NCBI RefSeq assembly: GCF_964244235.1
Contig: NZ_CAXTII010000001.1
Location: 2,882 to 66,881, forward strand
Direction: 5' to 3'
From: an uncultured Sphingomonas sp.
GTDB taxonomy: Bacteria > Pseudomonadota > Alphaproteobacteria > Sphingomonadales > Sphingomonadaceae
Length of the DNA stretch: 64,000 bases
Under the pieces are notes generated by a model. It was not told where the DNA came from. It saw only the letters and a list, made by a program, of their open reading frames with translations, and searched no databases. Below are positions 1-8,424 of this stretch, piece by piece (positions within the stretch are counted from its first letter, which is position 1; each line of letters opens with the position of its first letter). The translations under genes and the position numbers were made by a program.

Positions 1-1288
1 TCGCAAGCTCGATCGATTCGGTAATCAGGAAAGCGAGCGCCACCGCGACATCCTGGGTGACCAGATAGGGATCGACATCCAGCGTAATCCGCATGCTCAT
101 ACTGATATCCGCAGCCGTCGCGCGGATATTGGCGGCCAGTTCCCCTATGACCCCGCGCAGGTTCAGCCCGCGATTTTCCTCCATCTCGGCAAAATGATTG
201 CGGTGTACGACCGCCAGCGCGTCGACCCGTCGCTGGATCGAGGCATAAGCCGCGGTCGCGTCCGCGCTCCGTGCACCGCGCGCATGGAAATTGATCAGGC
301 TCGAGATGACCTGGAGATTGTTCTTCACACGGTGATGCACTTCGCGTGTCAATTTGGTCTGGCGGACCAGCCCCTCCGCCAGCCCCGCCTCGTGAAGCGC
401 CACCGTCCGGCTGATCGCGCGGAACGTATCGCCCAACTCGCGGATTTCCTGCGCCGGGAGCGACGTTATCGCGACGGGATCGATGATCTCCCCGGGCGTG
501 AACGCAGCAACCGCGGCGCGCAGTCTTCGCAGCGGCCGGATGAGCAGATGATCCACGACGAACCAGCCGATGCCGGCCGCGGCCGCCCACATAAGTAGCG
601 GCAACAGCAGAGCGACGACGAACGACGACGTGATCGGCGCGCTGCGCGTCGTGGTTCGCAGTGCCAGACCGGCGACACCCAGGTCGATGTGCGAGGTTTC
701 CAGCCGGTCGAATGACTGTTCGCCGGGAATCGCTTGGAGCACCAGTTGGTCGTCGCGGTCGTCCGTCAGCACGCTGCCATACGCCGTGGCGCGGGTCGTG
801 GGCGCGGCAACCATCGACAGGAACGAAGCGGGGAAAAAGGCCCGCGCCGTATTGCCACCGCGGGGACCGGTGATGGACAGGACGAGCCCGCGATCCGGCA
901 GGATCGCCGCAGCTATTCCGCGGTCGGTTTTACCCGGATTGGCCGCTCGCGCGATCGGATCGCCGCAGATCAGCGTCCCGTGCGGATCGAGGATAGCAAA
1001 ACGGGTCCCGGAATTGGCCTGTTGTGCGAACACTCCCTGCGCACGTGCGCAACTGGGCGCATCGGCCGGATCGGTTCCCAAAGCCCGGACAGCAACGCGC
1101 AACGCCGTCATGTCGCCCGCCAGTTCGATCGCGAGCGCGTGCGCGCTTTCGTTGGCGGTGACGCGCAATCGCGACCGGACATCCTCGACGGTGATCCGGG
1201 TCATTTGCAGCGTTGCGAAGACTGCGATTACCGCTAGCGGCAACAATGCGCCGCTCAGGATCAGGAAAAGCTTTGCGCCCGTTGGCAT
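1..1288 (-). CDS. HisKA_2-type membrane sensor histidine kinase (candidate PhyR-pathway kinase); C-terminus cut by the window edge
   Basis: Absent from the ORF track because it has no stop inside the window. My minus-strand translation gives MPTGAKLFLILSGALLPLAVIAVF (TM helix), a second TM (VVALLLPLLMWAAAAGIGWFVV), then the H-box TREVHHRVKNNLQVISSLINFHAR typical of HisKA_2/HWE kinases, then ...ITLDVDPYLVTQDVAVALAFLITESIELA at base 1. An alternative in-frame ATG lies at 1390. The + ORF 570..1619 is its antisense shadow. Confidence 0.8.
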   Translation of the reverse strand, partial: MPTGAKLFLILSGALLPLAVIAVFATLQMTRITVEDVRSRLRVTANESAHALAIELAGDMTALRVAVRALGTDPADAPSCARAQGVFAQQANSGTRFAILDPHGTLICGDPIARAANPGKTDRGIAAAILPDRGLVLSITGPRGGNTARAFFPASFLSMVAAPTTRATAYGSVLTDDRDDQLVLQAIPGEQSFDRLETSHIDLGVAGLALRTTTRSAPITSSFVVALLLPLLMWAAAAGIGWFVVDHLLIRPLRRLRAAVAAFTPGEIIDPVAITSLPAQEIRELGDTFRAISRTVALHEAGLAEGLVRQTKLTREVHHRVKNNLQVISSLINFHARGARSADATAAYASIQRRVDALAVVHRNHFAEMEENRGLNLRGVIGELAANIRATAADISMSMRITLDVDPYLVTQDVAVALAFLITESIELA

Positions 1289-1413
1289 CTGCGCCAATCG
1301 GCAATGGAGTCGGCCTACCGGCCGATCATCCTCTCGCGTTACACGTTGTTCGGTCGCCCTGCCCGTCGCAACCACAGGATCTGGCATCATGGCATGGCCA
1401 TCCGGCCCGGTCG

Positions 1414-1575
1414 TCAGTCTAACTTGCCGAGAAGATCGAGCATCTCAGCCGGCACCGACTCTTCGACCGTCTTCAGATATACGGAACGAAGCGCCGATCC
1501 CATATCGCGATCCTTGCCCTGCATACGGGTCTTGCTGTCGTCCTTGCTCGATCGCTTCGGCGTGTCCTGGCCCAA
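1414..1575 (-). CDS. nepR: NepR anti-sigma factor (53 codons, TTG start; alternative ATG at 1524)
   Basis: Below the 60-aa track cutoff. My translation is (L)GQDTPKRSSKDDSKTRMQGKDRDMGSALRSVYLKTVEESVPAEMLDLLGKLD*. The C-terminal LRxxY...VPxxxLDLLxxLD pattern is the NepR signature as I recall it. GGGGGA lies 9 nt upstream of the TTG. It sits next to phyR. Confidence 0.7.
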   Translation of the reverse strand: MGQDTPKRSSKDDSKTRMQGKDRDMGSALRSVYLKTVEESVPAEMLDLLGKLD

Positions 1576-1660
1576 ATCAAAAATATCCCCCTGTCGGCCT
1601 CAGAGAGGCGACGCATTAACCCCTATCGTATCGGCAACACCTGCGACAGGCATATTCCTG

Positions 1661-1692
1661 TGAACGAAACCAAATATACGCTCGTTGGTTCC
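1661..1692. promoter_or_regulatory. Overlapping divergent EcfG-type promoter candidates between nepR and phyR
   Basis: Plus strand: TGAAC (1661-1665), N17, CGTT (1683-1686), upstream of phyR. Minus strand: GGAAC (1692-1688), N16, GGTT (1671-1668), upstream of nepR. The published EcfG consensus is GGAAC-N16/17-cGTT. Confidence 0.5.
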
Positions 1693-1814
1693 GCGTCAGG
1701 CGCGAAAACCCCGCATGTTTCGTGTCCCGGGATTGGGCCTTTGCCCATGTTCGGGTTGCAACCATGCGGTGCTCGGCACATTGAGCGTCTTCAGATCAGG
1801 AGTATCCCACCCCC

Positions 1815-2618
1815 ATGTCGCTCGGTCAGCAGCTTGCCCCGCATCTTCCCTTCCTGCGCCGCTATGGCCGCGCCTTGACCGGTAGCCAGACGCATGGCGA
1901 CCAATATGTCCGCGCTACGCTGGAGGCGATCGTCGCAGCCCCCGACCAATTCCCGCGCGATGTCGATCCCCGGCTGGGGCTTTACCGGATGTTCCAGGGC
2001 ATATGGAATTCGACGAATTTCGACGAAGATGCCGAACGGACCGACGTGTTGGCCGAACGGCACGAGGCGACGGCGCGCGCGCGCCTCGCACGGATGACGC
2101 CGTTGTCGCGTCAGGCTTTGCTGCTGACGGCGATGGAAGGATTCACCCAGGAGGACGCCGCCTTCTTGATCGAGGTCGACGCCGGCGAAGTCGACGAACT
2201 GGTTGCGGAAGCGATGGCGGAGATCGAGCAGCAGACGCATGCCCGCGTGCTGATCATCGAGGATGAACCGCTGATCGCGATGGACATCGAAACGATCGTC
2301 CGCGACCTCGGTCACGACGTGACCGGTGTCGCGGTGACGCGCGACGAAGCGGTCGGTTTGGCGATGGAGGATCGACCGGGTTTGGTGCTGGCTGACATCC
2401 AGCTCGCGGACGACAGTTCGGGGATCGATGCGGTGAAGGACATCCTCGCCGAATTCGATGTCCCCGTGATTTTCATCACCGCCTTCCCCGAACGGCTGCT
2501 GACGGGCGAGCGACCGGAGCCGACATTCCTCATCACCAAGCCGTTCCAGCGATCGACGGTGAAGGCGGCGATCAGCCAGGCGCTGTTCTTCGATCAGAAC
2601 ACGGTGCCGGTGGCCTGA
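1815..2618 (+). CDS. phyR: PhyR anti-anti-sigma factor (sigma-like N-domain plus receiver domain)
   Basis: 267 aa. N-terminus LAPHLPFLRRYGRALTGSQ resembles ECF sigma region 2. C-terminus ARVLIIEDEPLIAMDIE...LVLADIQLAD...ITKPF is a receiver domain. Confidence 0.95.
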   Translation: MSLGQQLAPHLPFLRRYGRALTGSQTHGDQYVRATLEAIVAAPDQFPRDVDPRLGLYRMFQGIWNSTNFDEDAERTDVLAERHEATARARLARMTPLSRQALLLTAMEGFTQEDAAFLIEVDAGEVDELVAEAMAEIEQQTHARVLIIEDEPLIAMDIETIVRDLGHDVTGVAVTRDEAVGLAMEDRPGLVLADIQLADDSSGIDAVKDILAEFDVPVIFITAFPERLLTGERPEPTFLITKPFQRSTVKAAISQALFFDQNTVPVA

Positions 2619-2682
2619 GCCTTGGCCTTGGTATTTATCGAAAGGTTACGGACCCAAAACGGTTTTGGGAGGTTTGGAAATC

Positions 2683-2820
2683 ATGAACGATCCGGATAAA
2701 CCAACCGAATTGGACGCCGTGGATGCCCGCGCAGGTGAGACGACCGGCCGCGTGCGCTATGTTCTCGGTATATCGCTGGTGCTGCTCATTGTCATCTTCG
2801 CGATCCTGTTCTTCCGCTGA
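2683..2820 (+). CDS. 45-aa single-pass membrane mini-protein between phyR and ecfG
   Basis: Below the track cutoff. The ORF is MNDPDKPTELDAVDARAGETTGRVRYVLGISLVLLIVIFAILFFR*. GGGAGG lies 13 nt upstream of the ATG. It has a polar N-terminus and one hydrophobic helix. Confidence 0.45.
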   Translation: MNDPDKPTELDAVDARAGETTGRVRYVLGISLVLLIVIFAILFFR

Positions 2821-2915
2821 GGACGGGGCAGGGTGAACGCTGGCAATCGGCGTATCGGGTTCCTATGTTGGATGGGTCGGGGCCGTCTGCCCGCCGATCG
2901 GGGTGAGAAATTCCA

Positions 2916-3572
2916 ATGACGCCAACCGCGCCGCGCGATGTCTGCGACGAGGACGATGACGAAGGCGAACCGGTCGTCGTCGAACATGTTTCGTTGTCCG
3001 ATCCCGAATTTAAAGTGCAATTGGGGCAGGTGATCCCGCATCTGCGCGCGTTCGGTCGCTCGCTGTCGGGCAGCCGCGATCTGGCAGACGATCTCGTCCA
3101 GGAGACATTGCTGAAGGCGTGGGCCGCGCGCAAGCGTTTCCAGGCGGGCACCAACATGCGGGCGTGGACGTTCATCATCCTGCGCAATCTGTATCTGTCG
3201 CAAATGCGACGCGCGCGCTTCAAGGGCGAGTGGGACGATCTGGTCGCTGACCGGATCCTGGCGGCGCCGGCGAGCCAGGATCGCCATGTGGAACTGGGCG
3301 ACATGCAACGCGCATTGCTTCATCTGCCCCAGCCACAACGCGAAGCGCTGATCCTGGTCGGCGCGGGCGGATTCGCCTATGAGGAGGCGGCAGACATCTG
3401 CAATGTCGCGGTCGGCACGATCAAAAGCCGGGTCGCGCGCGGTCGTGTCGCACTGGAGGCACTGATGGCGGGGGGCACATTGCCGTCACGGGGATCGTTC
3501 GAGGTCGACTCGACCAAAACCGCGCTCGATACGATCATGGCAGAAGTCGACGGCCTCAGCCGCGGCCGGTAA
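2916..3572 (+). CDS. ecfG: ECF sigma factor, EcfG (ECF15)-like
   Basis: 218 aa. Region 2 is DLADDLVQETLLKAWAARKRFQAGTNMRAWTFIILRNLY. Region 4 is REALILVGAGGFAYEEAADICNVAVGTIKSRVARGR. HLRAFGRSLSGS parallels the PhyR N-domain. Confidence 0.88.
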   Translation: MTPTAPRDVCDEDDDEGEPVVVEHVSLSDPEFKVQLGQVIPHLRAFGRSLSGSRDLADDLVQETLLKAWAARKRFQAGTNMRAWTFIILRNLYLSQMRRARFKGEWDDLVADRILAAPASQDRHVELGDMQRALLHLPQPQREALILVGAGGFAYEEAADICNVAVGTIKSRVARGRVALEALMAGGTLPSRGSFEVDSTKTALDTIMAEVDGLSRGR

Positions 3573-3575
3573 TTG

Positions 3576-3755
3576 TCACGATAGTCCGTCAGGCTTATCA
3601 AGTTGCGTCAACAGACGGTCGATTTCGTCCTGGGCAAACTTGCCCGGCGTGAACGAAGCGCGAAGGATGTCGCCGATCGCGCCGGTGCGCACCGGACCTG
3701 CGACGACATAGCTGCCCCGGCTGTGCGTTTGCGGAAAGGCTACCAAACTTGCCAT
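3576..3755 (-). CDS. 59-aa ORF with a NepR-like C-terminal motif (hypothetical)
   Basis: One codon below the track cutoff. The ORF is MASLVAFPQTHSRGSYVVAGPVRTGAIGDILRASFTPGKFAQDEIDRLLTQLDKPDGLS*. It is convergent with ecfG, with stops 3 nt apart. There is no obvious SD. About 70% of third positions are G/C by my count. Confidence 0.35.
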   Translation of the reverse strand: MASLVAFPQTHSRGSYVVAGPVRTGAIGDILRASFTPGKFAQDEIDRLLTQLDKPDGLS

Positions 3756-3822
3756 AGAGCTTTAAAACGTCCGGGCCCGTCAAACGTTGCGCCTTTATTT
3801 ACCGCAGGAATGCGCAAATTCC

Positions 3823-6504
3823 ATGCAAGCGTTTTCCTCCCGAACGAACCTCCGCGATGCGGTTACGCGGGCGATATCATGGTCGCCGTTCCTGCGTCTG
3901 CTGCTTGAACGCGAACCGGCGATCACCGAAGCCTTGGCCGATGGACGGCTGGACCTGACCGCGTCTTCCTCGAGGCCGGACATGCCGACCGCGCAAAGGC
4001 TTCGGCTCGATCGACGGGCGCTGGCGCTGTCGGTCGCGATCGGCGACCTCGCCGGCATTCTCGATCTGACCGCGGTAACCCATGCGCTCAGCGACTTCGC
4101 CGATCGGGCGCTCGATACCGCGATCCGTGCCGCTATCGCCGAACGCACTCCCGACGCACCGGTCCGCGGGTTTGCCGGCATCGCGCTCGGCAAACAGGGC
4201 AGTCGCGAACTCAATTATTCTTCGGATATCGACCCGATACTGATCTTCGATCCCGCCACGCTGCCCTGTCGCCCGCGCGAGGTGCCCGAGGATGCCGCCG
4301 TCCGGATCGCGCGGCGCGCGGTGGAACTGCTTCAGGCCCGCGACGGCGATGGCTATGTCCTTCGCGTCGATCTTCGCCTGCGGCCCTCCCCCGAAGCGAC
4401 GCCGATCGCGCTGCCCGTCGATGCCGCAATTGGATATTACGAATCGCAGGCGCTGCCCTGGGAGCGCGCGGCGTTCATCCGCGCACGAGCGGCGGCGGGA
4501 GACATCGCGCTCGGTACGCGGTTCCTGGACGCGATCCGTCCCTTCGTATGGCGCCGCGCACTGGATTTCGGTGCGGTGCGCGAACTGCGCGGGATGTCGC
4601 GACTGATCCGCGATCATCACGCGCAGGGCCAGCGACTCGGGTCCGGCTACGATCTGAAGCGAGGGCGCGGCGGTATCCGCGAGGCGGAATTCTATGCGCA
4701 GATCCATCAGCTGATTCACGGCGGCCGCGATCCGTCGCTTCGCGCGCCCGCGACGCGGGATGCGCTGGCGGCATTGGCGGCGGCGGGGTGGATCGGCGCG
4801 GACGAGGCGGCGGCGCTGACCGATGGCTACACGCTGCTTCGCACGATCGAACACCGTGTGCAGATGATCGACGATCGCCAGACCCATGTCTTGCCCGCGG
4901 GTGAAGCGCTGGACGGTGTGGCGCGGTTGCACGGGCTGAAGGAGGGGGATGCGCTGATCGCGCTGCTCGCGCCTCGGGTGGCCGCGGTCGGGACGATCTA
5001 CGACGTACTCGACGATGGCTCGCCGCGGATGCTCGTTCACGATCCGGTGGCACTGGAAGAAGATCTGACGATCGCGGGCTTTCCGGACCCGGCGGCGGCC
5101 AGGGCCAGACTGGAGGCGTGGCGGGCAGCCACCTACCCCGCGCTGCGCAGCCCCGCGGCGCGCGAGGCGCTGGAGGCGGTACTGCCGACGCTCGTCCCGG
5201 CGATCGGCGGCGCGCCCGATCCACAGGCGGCCTTGCTCCGGTTCGACGCCTTGCTCGAACACCTGCCGAGCGCGATCAATCTGTTCCGCCTGCTGGATGC
5301 GCGGCCAGCGCTGGCGACTCTGCTGACGCTGATCCTCAGCCATGCCGCGCCGTTGGCGGAGGCTTTGGGGCGGCAGCCGGCGTTGCTCGACGGGTTGATC
5401 GATGCGACCGCATTCGACGACGTCGGCGATGTCGATACGCTGGCGGCGGAGATGCGCGGCGGAGACGCGGCCGGATATGAGCGGCGGCTCGATCATGTCC
5501 GGCGGGTGGTGGGCGAAAAGAAGTTCGCGCTCGGCGTCCAGATCGTCGCCGGAACCGCCGATCCGTTGATCGTGTCCGAAGGCTATGCCCGCGTGGCGGA
5601 GGCGGCGATTGCGGTGATCGGGGCCGCAACGGTCGAGGAATTCGTCGCCACGCACGGCCGCGTGCCGGGCAGCGAGTTTGCGATCCTTGCGCTGGGGCGA
5701 CTCGGCGGCGGACAGCTGACCGACGCCTCGGACCTGGATCTGATCTATCTGTTCACCGGCGATTTCTCTGCCGCGTCAGATGGCGCGCGGCCGTTGGGCG
5801 CGACGCTATATTACAATCGGCTAGCCGCCAGAATGACCGCGGCGCTGTCGGTCGCGACCGCCGCGGGGCCGCTCTATGCGGTCGATACCCGGTTGCGGCC
5901 GTCCGGTACCCAGGGGCCGCTGGTCGTCACGGTCGATTCGTTCGCCCGTTACCAGCGGGAGGACGCATGGGTCTGGGAACATATGGCACTGACGCGCGCG
6001 CGGCCGATCTTCGGATCGGCGCCGACGCGCGCGGCGGTGGCGACGATACTGCGCGACGTGCTGAAAGGTGCACGGCCGGACCGCGATATCGTCGCGGCAG
6101 CGATAGCAATGCGTGGCGACATGGCGGCGCACAAGCCGCCTGCCGGGCCGCTCGACGTGAAACTGTCGCCAGGGGGGCTCGTCGATCTGGAGTTCGCCGT
6201 GCAGATCGCGCAATTGGTCCATCGGACGGGGTTCGATCCGCGGCTGGGAAGCGCGATCGATCTCCTGGTCGCCGCCGGACATCTGCCGCCGGCGATGCGG
6301 GCGGCGAACGACGTCCTGACGCGCGCGCTGGTCACGCTGCGGCTCGTCGCACCCGACGGCCGCGACCCCGCAGCGCCGACGCGCGCGTTGATCGCGCGCA
6401 CGCTCGGGCTGGACGATTGGGCGGCGGTGGTTGCAACGCTGACCACGACGCAGCAAAGCGTCCGCGCGATCTGGCAAAACTTGACGGGGACGAACGATGG
6501 ATGA
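3823..6504 (+). CDS. glnE: Bifunctional glutamine synthetase adenylyltransferase/adenylyl-removing enzyme
   Basis: It has two nucleotidyltransferase modules (NYSSDIDPILIFDP...LRVDLRLRPS and ASDLDLIYLF...VDTRLRPSG). The track ORF starts at TTG 3787. The first ATG is at 3823. Confidence 0.93.
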   Translation: MQAFSSRTNLRDAVTRAISWSPFLRLLLEREPAITEALADGRLDLTASSSRPDMPTAQRLRLDRRALALSVAIGDLAGILDLTAVTHALSDFADRALDTAIRAAIAERTPDAPVRGFAGIALGKQGSRELNYSSDIDPILIFDPATLPCRPREVPEDAAVRIARRAVELLQARDGDGYVLRVDLRLRPSPEATPIALPVDAAIGYYESQALPWERAAFIRARAAAGDIALGTRFLDAIRPFVWRRALDFGAVRELRGMSRLIRDHHAQGQRLGSGYDLKRGRGGIREAEFYAQIHQLIHGGRDPSLRAPATRDALAALAAAGWIGADEAAALTDGYTLLRTIEHRVQMIDDRQTHVLPAGEALDGVARLHGLKEGDALIALLAPRVAAVGTIYDVLDDGSPRMLVHDPVALEEDLTIAGFPDPAAARARLEAWRAATYPALRSPAAREALEAVLPTLVPAIGGAPDPQAALLRFDALLEHLPSAINLFRLLDARPALATLLTLILSHAAPLAEALGRQPALLDGLIDATAFDDVGDVDTLAAEMRGGDAAGYERRLDHVRRVVGEKKFALGVQIVAGTADPLIVSEGYARVAEAAIAVIGAATVEEFVATHGRVPGSEFAILALGRLGGGQLTDASDLDLIYLFTGDFSAASDGARPLGATLYYNRLAARMTAALSVATAAGPLYAVDTRLRPSGTQGPLVVTVDSFARYQREDAWVWEHMALTRARPIFGSAPTRAAVATILRDVLKGARPDRDIVAAAIAMRGDMAAHKPPAGPLDVKLSPGGLVDLEFAVQIAQLVHRTGFDPRLGSAIDLLVAAGHLPPAMRAANDVLTRALVTLRLVAPDGRDPAAPTRALIARTLGLDDWAAVVATLTTTQQSVRAIWQNLTGTNDG

Positions 6505-6952
6505 AGGCGCAATGATGCCTGACGTGACGGTGGCAGGCATGGACGGCACGCCGGTCCGTCTCCGCGACCTGCCGACGCCGACGATCGTATATTTCTATCC
6601 CAGGGACGATACATCGGGCTGCACGCGAGAGGCGCAGGACTTCACTGCTTTGAGCGAGGATTTCGCTGCGGCGGGGGCGGGCCTGATGGGCATTTCGAAG
6701 GACTCGCCCGAAAGCCACGGCAAGTTCGCCGCCAAATACGCGCTTGGCGTGACATTGGGCAGCGATACGGACGGATCGGTCTGCGACGCGTTCGGCGTCT
6801 GGGGCGAAAAATCGATGTATGGCCGCACCTATTTCGGGATCGAGCGCGCGACGTTCCTGTTCGATGCGGATGGTAAACTGGCTAGGACGTGGCGCAAGGT
6901 TCGCGTCCCGGGCCATGCCGCGGCGGTGCTGGAGGCGGTGAAGGCGTTGTAA
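6497..6952 (+). CDS. bcp: Thiol peroxidase Bcp (peroxiredoxin)
   Basis: 151 aa with the YFYPRDDTSGCTREAQDF peroxidatic-Cys motif. Confidence 0.9.
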   Translation: MDEGAMMPDVTVAGMDGTPVRLRDLPTPTIVYFYPRDDTSGCTREAQDFTALSEDFAAAGAGLMGISKDSPESHGKFAAKYALGVTLGSDTDGSVCDAFGVWGEKSMYGRTYFGIERATFLFDADGKLARTWRKVRVPGHAAAVLEAVKAL

Positions 6953-7190
6953 TCCGACGGGTCCGGCGCGCGGGATCCCGATATCGACCCGTTCGGTCGA
7001 CGATCGGCGCGATCTTCAACGGCTCGGCGCAGGCCGATGCCGGTCTGACGCGCGGCGGCCGAGCAGCTATTGCGCCGGTCGGACAACGTCGGCCAGACAT
7101 CGAGAGGTCAGGGGCGGGTCGGGGTGTGTATCCGGCGCGGCAACGAGGCCGGGGTCCCGTATGGGCTGAAGGCGCATCTTTTGGGGTCCG

Positions 7191-8384
7191 ATGGCCAAGA
7201 TTTCCGATACCGCCGGTGCAGTCTTGTCACGTGGCCGGGCGCTTTTCACTACCCGCGATGTTCTGTTCCATGATGGCCGTGCCCTGCGCCGCTTCAGCAT
7301 CGCGGGCCGGACCCAGGTCGGGATCGCCGCATTGGGCGTCGTCGCCTTCGGTTTTTCGGGGTATGGCGCGGCGGAGGCCGCCTATCATGCCGCCGCGGCG
7401 GTGGGGGTCGTCGCGCCGGCCAACGCTGCCGTGCAGATCACCCAAATGGAACGGCAAATCGACGCCATGCAGGCGCGCGTCACGACGATCCGCAAATTCG
7501 CCGTGGTCCATGCCGCGCGGATGGAACAGCGCCAGGCGCTGATCGCCGCCGCGCTGACCGGCAAGGGCGATGCGCAGACGTTCGCGCTCGCGACACTGTC
7601 GGTCGATCCGCAGACCGACCGGCTGGCGAAGGATGTCGTTGCGCCGATGACGAAGGTCGAATCGCGTCAGGTCGCGTTGGCGGGGCAGGCGCGGCATGTA
7701 TTGGAGCAACGATATGCGCAGACCGCCGCCACGGTACGCAAGCTCGGCCTGAAACCCGAGCGCATCCTCGCGCGCGGCAAGTCGCAAGCCATGGGCGGAC
7801 CGTTGATCGCGGCGAACAGTCCGGAGGCCGCCGCGGACCTGCGCGCCGACCAGCAGTTCCGCACCTTGTTCCAGACCTGGAAGAAGCTCGACACGCTGCA
7901 GCAGGGAACGATTGCCATCCCGTCGACCCAGCCGGTCGAGCATCTGGCCTTCACCAGCAATTTCGGCATTCGCACCGATCCGTTCCGGGGCACCGCGGCA
8001 ATGCATGCCGGCGTGGATATCCGGGGCCCCATAGGTACCCCGATCTACGCGACCGCGGACGGCGTGGTCGATCATGCCGAACGCACGGGCGGTTATGGCA
8101 ACATGGTCGAGATCGATCATGGCAAGGGCATCGCCACACGCTACGGTCATTTGTCCAGGATCCTCGTCTCCGCGAACCAGCATGTGAAGCGCGGCGAACT
8201 GATCGCATTGATGGGATCGACGGGTCGCTCGACCGGATCGCACCTCCATTACGAAGTCCGGATCGACGGGCATGCCGTCAACCCGGTGCCGTTCCTGACC
8301 ACCGCCGACTATCTGCTCGCGGCACAGGACCGGGCCATCCATTCGATCCCCGTGTCGAGCGACGGGCCTGCGCCGCAGGATTGA
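7191..8384 (+). CDS. M23 family metallopeptidase with an N-terminal TM/coiled-coil region
   Basis: The motifs HAGVDIRGPIGTPIYA, GYGNMVEIDHG and STGSHLHYEV give the HxxxD and HxH zinc ligands. Confidence 0.9.
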   Translation: MAKISDTAGAVLSRGRALFTTRDVLFHDGRALRRFSIAGRTQVGIAALGVVAFGFSGYGAAEAAYHAAAAVGVVAPANAAVQITQMERQIDAMQARVTTIRKFAVVHAARMEQRQALIAAALTGKGDAQTFALATLSVDPQTDRLAKDVVAPMTKVESRQVALAGQARHVLEQRYAQTAATVRKLGLKPERILARGKSQAMGGPLIAANSPEAAADLRADQQFRTLFQTWKKLDTLQQGTIAIPSTQPVEHLAFTSNFGIRTDPFRGTAAMHAGVDIRGPIGTPIYATADGVVDHAERTGGYGNMVEIDHGKGIATRYGHLSRILVSANQHVKRGELIALMGSTGRSTGSHLHYEVRIDGHAVNPVPFLTTADYLLAAQDRAIHSIPVSSDGPAPQD

Positions 8385-8424
8385 GCCGGTTGCCCTTGGG
8401 GAGGCAGCGTCCTATCTCCGGCAG

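Noticed and set aside
570-1619. 349-aa + strand ORF
   Set aside because: It is the antisense shadow of the HisKA_2 kinase and nepR. The translation is Ser/Arg/Ala/Pro-rich with no motifs, and the opposite strand gives a clean kinase H-box.
1663-1692. Minus-strand GGAAC-N21-CGTT read as the nepR promoter
   Set aside because: A 21-nt spacer is too long for ECF sigma factors. The GGAAC-N16-GGTT reading of the same -35 fits better.
3877-5655. 592-aa minus-strand ORF inside glnE
   Set aside because: The translation is Arg/Gly/Pro-rich nonsense lying fully within a well-supported glnE frame. This is a typical high-G+C shadow ORF.
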